Below are positions 52,695-64,000 of a stretch of DNA of 64,000 bases, piece after piece. Position 1 is the first letter of the stretch; every line of letters begins with the position of its first letter. A model generated the notes under the pieces. That model did not search any database. It was not told where the DNA came from and saw nothing but the letters and a program-made list of their open reading frames with translations. The stretch comes from Selaginella moellendorffii. Taxonomy: Eukaryota > Plantae > Lycopodiophyta. Made by a program: the position numbers and the translations under genes. The stretch covers positions 1,000,224-1,064,223 of the forward strand of contig NW_003314277.1 in assembly GCF_000143415.4 (NCBI RefSeq), in the 5' to 3' direction.

Positions 52695-53848
52695 ATGGGG
52701 GAAGTAGCCTCTAGATACCGGCTGCGACGGAGCAATGCCGCGCTCATGATTTTGGCCATGCTCTGTTTTGGCGTTGCCAGCTTCTACATCGGCTCCGGCA
52801 TCCACATTCTTCACGAATCCCAGAACTCCCAGAGTGTTCTTGCGCTGTCGAGCAACTTTGTGAGTGTAAAATCTGGTTTCTTCTCTTAGTCGCTCTTGTT
52901 TCTTTGCTCCAGACCGATGGAGAGCTCACGAACCTTGCTGAGATCCTGACCAATGCTGCCATGGACGACAACAAGACCGTGATTCTAGCACCGCTCAACA
53001 GTGCCTGGGCCAAGCCTGGAGGTATTCTAGACGTGTTTTTGGAGAGCTTCCGTGTTGGCGACGGCACAGTCCCTCTGTTGGATCACTTGGTGATCATCGC
53101 TCTCGACAAGGATGCTTACGACCACTGTCTCGACACCCACAAACACTGCTTCCGGCTAGAAATCGACGGCGTGGACCTTTCCGTGGACCAGTTCTACATG
53201 AGCCAAGACTACGTGAAGATGAACAAACGAAGGCTCTACTTCCAGGGAATTGTGTTGCAGCTGGGATTCAACTTCATCTTCACGGTATGGCTCGTTATTT
53301 TCTTCTCTAGATGGTCCAGAGATTCATCGTTTCCGGGGTTCTATATCTTTTTACAGGACCTTGACATTGTCTGGCTACGCTCACCAATCAAACACTTAGC
53401 CGAGGACGCTGATTTCCAGGTGACTTGCGACCGCTATTCACGCACTACGCCCAACATGGGGCTCGTCTACGCCCGCTCCAACGAGAGAACCATACAGCTT
53501 TTCAGCTACTGGCATACGAGGAACGTGATCGACCACGAGCACAACGAGCAGGAGATTTTCATGGAGTTCCGGCACTCTCGCGAGTTCCTGGGCCTGGGAA
53601 TCAGGCTGCGCTATCTTTCCACCAGGTACTTTGGGGGGCTGTGCGACCGGAGCAGCATGGACATCAACACAGTGTGCACGATGCACGTCAATTGCTGCAA
53701 GGGGACTGCTAAGAAAGCCGCGGATCTCAAGCTCGTCATCGAGGATTGGAAGGTGTTTAAGTCGACAACAACGCCTGAGGAGCGCAAGAGGATTCGTTTC
53801 AGGGCCCCGAGGCAGTGCCGGAAGAGTCTAATCGAGTACCTCCAATGA
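52695..53848 (+). CDS. Nucleotide-diphospho-sugar transferase (GT77 family), type II membrane protein
   Basis: N-terminal TM; DVFLESFRVGDGT..LLDHLVIIALD, FIFT/DLDIVWLRSP (DxD), TMHVNCC. Confidence 0.92.
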
Positions 53849-56542
53849 TACAATCCGTGATAAAGCAGGAAAAGGTTCGCTCACATCGTCGACATCGAGG
53901 CTCTATATTGTCTTCTCAGCATTTGTACACTTTGCTGGTGGGACACAACACTTAAACTGCGGGGAGGTAAAAAGTTCCTTTGGATAGCTTCACTGATTCT
54001 TAATTCTTTTGGCCCAGCATCGTCTCATACGGAACAAAAGAAACTCTAGTCCTCTTGTTTACTGTAGTGCCGTGTGCTGAGAATATGCAACACTGCGCTT
54101 CTAGATCGTCCTGTGTCGCTGTGAATTGTGAATGGCGGAATTCTGGAGAACGTTATAACATATTAGCGTGATCCAAATAGAACATTTAGATGAACAAACA
54201 GGAATCTCTGGATAACAAACAATAACTGAGAATGCCACTTAGCAGAATGTCCGGAAAGGAACAGAATATCCAATGTTCGAATTTATGACAGGTAAGCAAA
54301 AATTCCGTACATCGTACCATACCATCGAAGCGTTAGCTCAGGCAGCGGAATTCTCAAGCTTTAGGGTTCTTTAGAGCGCCCGGATGATCGCGATCGCATC
54401 ATGAGGCGCAGTGCTACATTTTTTGCGGTGATTCTGGCTCTGGCCATGGTGGATTTCATTCTTCTTTGCAGGACAAGGAAGTAAGCAGCTCAGATGAAGC
54501 ACATGGAAATACCGCGGCTTGTAATCGGGGAATTTCACTGAGCGAGGGGGCTTCTTGCAAGATCGGGAGGCTGGCATCGAGGTTTGTGATTCTTGATCAT
54601 CGGCATGTTCCTAGAGCGCTGGAAAGATCAGAAGTCTAGAGCTTTCGCATTTGCTGTATCCTGGTTTGCTCTTTGCAGAAGAAAGAAATGGGCATCGGTG
54701 AGACGCGGGGAACTTTACTTAGCGATGGAGGAGTCCAAAACACCGAGATGCTCAAGGAGAGTGAGATTGCTGGATGTTTCCTATGTTAAGCGCGCTACAA
54801 TCTTGGTTTGTTCTGCAGAACAAAGAAACGGGCATCCCATGTCGGAAGAAGCGGCCAGTTTACCTGACCGATGGAGCCACTGGGACACTGGAGCAGAGTG
54901 TGATTGCTGGAGGCGATCATTCAGAGGTATGTGTTCGCTTGCTAGGCCATGCACTATATACAAATTTCCAAGATGTCAACCATAAGGAGAGTTATAAGGA
55001 GAGACAACGATGCTAACTGGAGCAGCTGTCAAGGTTTGTGATCAAGATATGTTCAACCATTCTAACAAGAACTTGAAACAGGGGAAGTACAAGATCAGGA
55101 AGCTTAGAAAATTTTCTCTAAATATGTAAAAACCTATGGCTGCAATCTGCTTTCTTTTTCTTAAGACAATCTTTTTTAAGCTTATACAATACAATTTTAA
55201 GTCTTATTGCTTTTAATATTGGAATAAACAATTATAAATTAGTGTTATTTTTTAAGGATAGAGTAGTGGTTATAGTGGGGGACTTTTCTAGTTAATTACA
55301 TAATCAAATTATAAGTTACTTTTTTATGGAGATGTTTTGGCATTTGGAATTGATTCTCAAAATGAAGTTCACCCTTTAAATTAATTAATTAATTAATTAA
55401 ATTATATATTAAATATAATATTATATATTTAATTGAGTAAATTATATTTTTATTATATGTATTTCTTATTAATTGTTTTTTGGGGAATCTAATATCATAA
55501 AGTTTACCAAATGTTTCAGGTAAATTCATATCAATAAAATAATATGTGTGTTTTGTGTGTAGTCCAATTATATGCCTCGATTTTTCACAAATAACAAGTT
55601 AACAAAATGAAAACATTCATTTTACGAAGATTTCCTTAAAATCTTGGTAACATAACGTATATAAAATTGTAATTTATTTATATATTATATATTTATATTT
55701 AATTCTTTAAAGGTTTTTTTATACTATTGTTATTAAAGATTTTGCAAGAACGTTCCAATAAAGCCACTTTGATATAGGTATAATTTTTAATTTAAATGTC
55801 TTTCTATTTTAATAAAATTTATTGTATTAGGTTTTATTCCTGAAATTAATTTTGCAGTGGATAGTGCATTATAACAGATTAGCCACACTTCAAGTTAAAT
55901 GTTTCTAAGGAAATTTTCAGAACTAAAATAACTATAGATTTTTATAAGCTTTTTCATTTCCTATTAACTGTAAGAATCAAAAAATAAAATTTTTAACTTT
56001 CAAAGATCTTATCTTAAATATATTTTTTGCTTGTTAGAGTGTTTGCACATTAGCAATTTCTTATAATCAATCTATCAATTCACACAGAAGCTTTGTGCTT
56101 AAATAGAGAATCCAAACATCCCTTTTCAGATAGTTTTTTAGGTTCTCTCCTATCACAAGCATGTATTATACTGACAAAGATTGCTTGCATTTAGCAAAAC
56201 ACTGATAAAATGATATACTTTGAGGCACTCAGAGATTCAGTAAAATGGCTGTTTTTGTGTGCATGTATCTATCATTGAATATGTTAAAAGGATTATAAAA
56301 ATGAAGCTTACCAACATTCTGTTGTTGCCCCTGCTTTCAGTAATCAGAGCTAGATGAACTACTAATTGTTCACTAAAACCATGACCAACCTTGTTCAACA
56401 CGTTTCTCTCCCGCTCTTGAAATTTGTTGGACTCGGAGAGCAAACACTTTACACATCGAAGACTGTAGATAAGAAATGAATACCAAAACTTATGTTCCTG
56501 ATAACATCAGGCTTTGCTAAAAAACACTATGTTTTCTTTTAT

Positions 56543-57325
56543 TTAATTACAGCTCCAAAACCTGCTGGTCTTGTTGTCTCGCGAGTACAGAGCTCCCTTT
56601 GAATACTTCACAATTGCTCCGAGAGGGTACCTGAAATGCTCGCCCATGCTGGAAGGCAGCTCTGGCACGTCTTGAAACAAGGTGGAAGTAGGCACCGAAA
56701 AGCACTCCTCCCCCCTAAGTGGATCAAAGTCTTGAATCTCTCCAGCGTAGCCAATGCATGCCTTGAAGTATAGGTTGTCTGCATCATCGATGCAGGCACT
56801 TACACCGATCACCAGCTTGACACTGGCCACCTCCATGATCCTCGCAACGTTCTCCCTCAATTTCTCGTGGCTTTCGTTGTAGAACGCTAGCTCCACCACA
56901 ACAATCGGCAGCTCCCGCTTCGTCTCTGGGCAGCGCTGAAAGAGGGCGTGATCTACCATCTTCATGTCCCCATTGGGGAACTCCACCATGAAGTTCACCC
57001 AGTGATAGACGGGGCCGCAGAGTGGATCAAGACCGAGCTTGAGGAGTTGATCCATCAGAACAATGGCTACGTACCCCTTCATCCCTGCGTGGACTTCGGT
57101 GTTGTCCCCGCAGATGCTAACCTTTCCTCCATCGTGCTCGTATGCTAATCCATACTTTCGCACGTTATCCTGATCCGCCAATCGCTGAAACTCGGCAGAC
57201 TCCACACCCGAAACACAGTGAAATGGGCCCTTTTTGAACTGCCTCTTGTAATCCTTCCTGGGATAGATCTTATCGCAAGCTACCTCACAAGCTCTCACAA
57301 GCCTATTCATAGAGATCTCCGCCAT
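56543..57325 (-). CDS. Intronless PD-(D/E)XK restriction-endonuclease-like (Uma2-type) protein
   Basis: 260-aa ORF: GKVSICG..TEVH, KMVDHAL, PIVVVELAFYNESHEKL, VKLVIGV, FSVPTSTLFQDVP. Confidence 0.65.
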   Translation of the reverse strand: MAEISMNRLVRACEVACDKIYPRKDYKRQFKKGPFHCVSGVESAEFQRLADQDNVRKYGLAYEHDGGKVSICGDNTEVHAGMKGYVAIVLMDQLLKLGLDPLCGPVYHWVNFMVEFPNGDMKMVDHALFQRCPETKRELPIVVVELAFYNESHEKLRENVARIMEVASVKLVIGVSACIDDADNLYFKACIGYAGEIQDFDPLRGEECFSVPTSTLFQDVPELPSSMGEHFRYPLGAIVKYSKGALYSRDNKTSRFWSCN

Positions 57326-58129
57326 TAGAACCCTAAATCTAAATCGCTGCGCTCGTCGCTTTGAATCATAGCCGTCCACATTAACCTTGAATACTTTCGG
57401 CGCCCAGGTACCCGAGCTTCATCGGGACGAGGAGCTCCTGGTTTTGCTGGGCCTGGACGCCCACTTTGGCCGTCAGAATTCGCCTCGCCCGCCGGAGATC
57501 CTTGTCCAGTATCGATGTGAGCAATCAGGGCCTCGTGCTCGTTCGACTGAAGAGTATGGTTGTGAGGTAGAGACTCGCTAGTGCGTACAGGCAACCCTCA
57601 AGGGACGAGAGCTTGGCGGTTAGTTCCCGGAGCTGCGATTCCTTGCGTGTGATGGATTGTGCCATGCAATCGTTTGGAACATGTTTGCCTTAGGTACCTG
57701 GGCCTCCAATGAGAGAGTTTAAGCTCGTTGCTGGCCTTCGCTTGTTGTTGATGTTATGTTATACGAGGGAGTAACTTTTTAAAGTTTAATTACGTGCAGT
57801 TTCTTTGATCAATTTCTGGAGGCTGGTGTTTTTATCTGAGAGTACTTGTAGTTTTCTTCCTGCAAGAAAGTAAAGCTATTTGACTGTGCATCTTAGAATG
57901 AAAATTATACCCACAAGGATTTCAGTTGTTCGTTTGTCCTTTGAAGCTCCTTGTTTGTGTTTACCAGTTCATGGAGCTGTGTCTTGTATTTCTCTTCCTG
58001 AGAGAATTTGCTCGTTAGACCTGCTGCGTTTTGGAGTGAACCATAAACATTTACCTGAGAGAAAAGCCTCTCCTCAAGTAGGTGTTTTTGCTTGTTTGTT
58101 CTAGCTGTATTTTCTCTCCAGCTCATTGA

Positions 58130-58800
58130 GCTTGTTCCTAGCTCACGGACATATAGATCAAAACATCATTAATGAAGTCAATAGTCATATTTGGCATATT
58201 ATAAATAATTTCATTCATCATTCACTAAAAATTATTAAAGCATTATTAAAACCAAACAGCATCACAAAAAACAAGTACAAAATAAATGATGTACAAAAAA
58301 TAGTTTTGGGAACATTTTTCTCAACCATCAATATTTGCCAGTACCTAAAAGTAAAATTTAACTTAGTAAATCAGTTATTTTTCCCAAAAAATTTAATAAA
58401 TCAATAATGTGAGGAAGAGGGTACATATTTAGGATAGTGACCTTGTTTAATAAATGATAAATGATGTAGAATTAAATACTCTTATCGGAGAATACCTAGC
58501 TCTTTTGGGTGTTAGTGGTGCCCTACATATAATGTTATTTTGCCTATATAGCCATTTTATGAGAAAAAAAGGTTTCATCACAAGATAAAGTTCATATAGT
58601 TAAAGACTTTGAGAACTTTTGGATAACTTCTGTCTTTAACATTTCTTTAACATTTATGTATAAATCTTAATCTTTTTTGGTGACCAACACCAAATGATAA
58701 CTTTAATTGAATAAACAACCCCAATTGAAAAGATTACATATTGCAATCTTAACCCCAAATGGTAGATCAAAGTCAAAGAGATTAACATACTCTTCCTTGA
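58130..58800 (-). mobile_element. Decayed Ty3/gypsy reverse transcriptase
   Basis: Minus strand YWQI, VMLFGFNNA (cf. VMPFGLTNA), FINDVLIY (cf. FIDDILIY). Confidence 0.65.
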
Positions 58801-59129
58801 GCTAGTCAATTTTTGCAGCATAAAGATTATTTGAGGGATCTAAAAAGAGAATATAAGAGCAAAAAGGAAATACAATAGAAAGTTATTATTATTATTATTA
58901 TTATGATTTTTTAAAAATCTATTTTGATTTCTAGAAACCTCAAAGTGAAGTTGAAGGTGTGCCATATAGTAATGATCGAATCAAGAGTTTAATGAGCATA
59001 ACATATTTGGACTAAAAACTCTAACTCGAAAAGTTCAAAGTAGAACTGAAACTCCTAATGAAGTGCTTAGGGAACGAGCACAAAGTAATTGATAAATGAG
59101 TCTCTGAAAAAAGGATACAAGAAAGACAA

Positions 59130-59946
59130 ACAGGAGAGGGGGGTGTTGGGTTGGGCTATAGGGTGTAGAGTGTTTAAAAGTACAATAGAGAGATTGTGAA
59201 AGTTGGATTTCAGTGGAATTAGTTTAGCCAAGAAAGGCCAATCAAACCCAAGAAAGCTATATCTATATGGTGGGTGATAATGTAACCACTAAGGAGTTTA
59301 AGACTAAAATGAATATAAATGGACAAATGGGGTAATTTAATGAAGAGTTCAAAATTAATTTTATCTCCTCTAAAAAATCAAATGGTTGATGTTTCTAATT
59401 CAAGTGTGGGTGACATTACTTACTTAGATACTTAACATGGCTTATCAAAACATCATTTTAGCCACGTGGTTAAAGTACTCAAAAGCAAAAAGTGGGAGTA
59501 TCTATGAAACTTGATAGGGTTACGGTATTTCAAAATGTCATCCTAAAGTTCTAAATTATGGAAAGGAAGAAAAATAAACATCTTGTATACTAACTAAAGG
59601 TATAATTATGTGGTGAGGAAGTCTTAAAGGTTAATAGGATTTAGTGGTCAAGCCTTTGGGCCCTAATCTAGTGGCAGTATTTGTGAGTATTGTTCTGGAT
59701 GGAAAGGGATTTAATAAGAAAAAAGAATATTAAAGAAAAGTGTTTTTTATGTCTTTGGGCATCATAAGGTGTGGTTATAAAATGACCACTTATATATGGA
59801 TGGTGAGAGTCTTTTATCTTTGAGTGTCTATAATAAAATTAAACAAATAAAGCATGTCACTCATGGAGGTTGTGATTGAAATTCTTCTAAATGGTCAAAA
59901 GTGTGGTTAAGTGACTAAAGTTGAATGGAAAAATTAATCATTTACA
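59130..59946 (+). mobile_element. Decayed LTR, inverted homolog of 28670-29620
   Basis: For example ctaattcaagtgtgggtgacattacttacttagata matches the rc of tatccaagtaggtagtgccacccacacttggattag; ends ...tttaca. Confidence 0.65.
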
Positions 59947-60585
59947 AAAATAATAATGAGACAAAAGTGATAAAAAAGAGGGAGAAACATAGGGACAAAT
60001 TAGAACAAAAGTGAGCTTTATAACTTTCATCATTATCAATTTACTTTTCTCAATGGAAGGGACTATTTAAAGTGTTATAACAAATTAGATTGCAAGTTTA
60101 TAATGTTTTATGTGATATCAATCCTCCAAAAATTATATATATGCAACATTTGAAATGCTTTATACAAAGATTAAGAAGAAATTCCACTAATGTCTATTCT
60201 TTCAAGATCTTAACCCATCAACTAGATAATTTTAAATGCCTTCCATCTTTCTGATAGGAGGAGATAATATGAAATCAAAAGGGTATAATGTCATTAATAT
60301 AGTGAGATTTCAATAGCTATTATATAATTTAAGGTTTTTAATTTAATTAAATATACATATAATACACTCATAACTACTTTATAGTTTCATTCTTTGTATT
60401 TCACAACCTTTATCCTCATTGTTCTTTCTATTAATTTGAGGTTTGTTAATCAGAATGTTTAGGTCAATTAACCGTGGAGATTCGAACAGCGCACCTCCCA
60501 AGGCTTGGACGAGTCGCTCAAGCTACGCAATTGGCGGCCCTACTCCACTTCGCGCTCGCGATCGATCTCGCCGTGGCGCTGGAGC

Positions 60586-61826
60586 ATGGGAGTTCAAGGT
60601 GCCGCCATCTCCTCCTCCTCCTCCTCCTCCTCCTCTTCCTCTCCATCTCCATCAGCTCCTTCCAGGGCGGCGGCGGTGGATCGGGTAGGCGACCGGGAGA
60701 TGCTCATGCCTATCGGCAATGACCTCGAGGATCCTCTCAAGGAGGGCGCGCCCACGCCGTCTGGGTATCACTCCGGCCGCGAGGTAAGGGATTCAATCCA
60801 CGAAATTTCGGAGAGAAATCTTTCCTCTATAGGCTTTCTACGCGGTCCTCCAGAGCTGGGCGTCCAAGAAATTCATGAGTGGATGGTAAGAGCTCTCTAT
60901 CATCTCCTCCAAGGAAGGAAATTTTTTTCCTAGCCTCGACGAATACTATTTAAGTTCTTCTTTCGTATGTGTTCTTGCTGTCTGTTCTTTGCAGTGTGAT
61001 CCTCTTTCCGCTGGCGATCACCTTCTACATCACTTGGTGGTTTGTGGAATTCGTGGATAGCTTCTTCCGGCCGGTCTATGCCCATCTGGGGATAAATTTC
61101 TTTGGTGAGTTCTTTCCCTGGATTCATTGATCTCTAAGATTTTTCTCGCGAATTGTTTAGGACTTGGATTCGTGACCACCATCGTCTTCATATTCCTGGT
61201 GGGAGTATTTGTTTCGTCGTGGATGGGAGCGTCGGTTCTTATGGTCGGCGAGTGGGTTATCAAACGAATGCCTCTCGTGAGACACATATACTCGGCGTCC
61301 AAGCAAATCAGTGCTGCGATCTCTCCAGGTATGAGGAACTTCGCACGATGGATTAGTTTTGCTTTGCTAATATTCTTTCCAACAGATCAAAATACCCAGG
61401 CTTTCAAGGAGGTGGCGATCATACGACACCCTCGTGTTGGAGAGTACGCAATTGGTTTCATCACGTCTAGCCTCATTCTCCAGGTTGATCAAGCTCAAAG
61501 CTCCAATGCTTCGTTTCATCGTCTCGTTGTCTCATTTGTTGCGTGATCTTCCAGAATGAATCTGGCGACGAGGAACTTTGCAGCATCTACGTTCCCACAA
61601 ACCATCTCTACATCGGAGATATCTTTCTCGTGAACTCGCGGGACGTGATCAGGCCCAACTTGTCAGTTCGAGAAGGCATCGGTAAGTTCTTAACAGTCTT
61701 TTTCTACTTGGTTCTTAGAACTTCGAATCTTTGGTTTTATCAGAAATTGTAGCATCGGTTGGAATGTCCATGCCGCAATCGATCACTTCCATCGACAGGC
61801 GTGATCGAAGAAGTAGCAGCAGATAA
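60586..61826 (+). CDS. COV1/LCV-like (DUF502) membrane protein, multi-exon
   Basis: SWASKKFMSG, AITFYITWWF, QAFKEVAIIRHPRVGEYAIGFITS, YVPTNHLYIGD. Confidence 0.93.
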
Positions 61827-62499
61827 ATCAGTGAATTGTTTCTTTCCTATCGTGACTACAGTTTTGGTTTTGTTCTAGTCTTGTAAACTAAATGAATCAA
61901 GAGGTGAGAGATGAAAAACTGTGTGATCCTTCAACTTGTCAGAGATTTTCTTGTTCAAAGTTTTGTCTATCACGAGATTTCTCTGAAGACCGTCGTAATT
62001 TTCTCATCATCCAAGGGAGATCGATCGAAGGAAAAGGAAGAATATCGCAAGAACATCTCTCAGACAAATGCCTCGATTCGTGCTTCACTACTAGCGGAAT
62101 TTCAAAGAGAAATCCAGCTTCTTCCGGCGTGATTCCATAGCCAGAGCACGAAGAACAATAGAACATTGCTCCGCGATAGCCATTGGGCACGCCAGGAAAG
62201 ATGAAAGCTCAGACTCGTCATCTCTTTTTGTCATCACAGAGAAAAGAATACAAAAGAAGAGCAAAGCGGTCGATGCATCAGATTTAAAAAGCTCGAATTT
62301 CCTGTAAGCCTCATGCTTTGATCGGAATTGGATCTCTTTTCTCATCATCTGCGAGGAAGAAGGCGGCATCACTCAAGCCCTAGTGCTAGAACAAGAGCCC
62401 TAGAATCCACGGCGCACATTAAATCGTCGCAGTCTCACCGTTGGATCAAAATCTAGGGCTTCAAGATCTAGAATATACTACGAATATATTTCCACTTTA

Positions 62500-63650
<1,151 letters not shown>

Positions 63651-64000
63651 TACGATCAAAAACAAAACAAAACAGAGGATCAAAAGGCATGAATCAATGA
63701 AGCAATTGCTACAGAATCTCGGAAAGGCTGAAAGAGGACAACAAAGCTAGAATAGTCGAAAAGAAGAAAGCAAGCTTTCGAAAGAAAAAGTATAACGTAG
63801 ATGGGACTTCACAAAATGCCGGAAGGAATAGACAACAAGCAACAGCCACAAGACAAGCAATGCCCGAGCAAAAGCTTTGAAAGAAACAAACATACAATTC
63901 AGCTATGGAAGCATAAAGCAAAAGCAAAAACCGAAAGAAGATGTGAATTCCACACGAAAGAATTCCAAAGATCTTCTTCCAGGACGACAAACAAGCCAAA

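Noticed and set aside
54370-55120. Short ORFs that might be a gene remnant
   Set aside because: No recognisable motif or consistent exon structure.

Overview
Eukaryotic land-plant genomic DNA with very compact genes, introns of about 45-70 bp, GC-rich exons and AT-rich decayed transposon islands. This style suggests a lycophyte such as Selaginella, but that is inference only. (1) 1-16.6 kb is a transposon graveyard: nested LTR-retrotransposon pieces, an intact Cassandra-type TRIM with a 5S rRNA-derived promoter in its LTRs, an AT-rich bulb-lectin chimeric gene, a decayed exon resembling a prokaryote-type N4/N6 DNA methyltransferase, and gypsy gag/pol and SWIM remnants. (2) 16.6-35 kb is a tandemly triplicated cassette: a minus-strand catalytically dead eIF4A-like DEAD-box pseudo-helicase paired divergently with a plus-strand intronless DUF3669-like (fungal-type) kinase-fold gene. 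The third copy is followed by an intronless gene with a dead RNase H fold; a kinesin-7 pseudogene and a young TRIM interrupt copy 2. (3) 35-54 kb and 60-64 kb hold ordinary conserved plant genes (KH protein, mitochondrial carrier, ERG28, CC1-like, IST1-like, ubiquitin-like, YIP, Btz-domain, ADH, GT77, COV1-like, RLCK). (4) 55-60 kb is an AT-rich island with an intronless PD-(D/E)XK/Uma2-like nuclease gene. All protein assignments come from motif recognition by eye; no searches were run.
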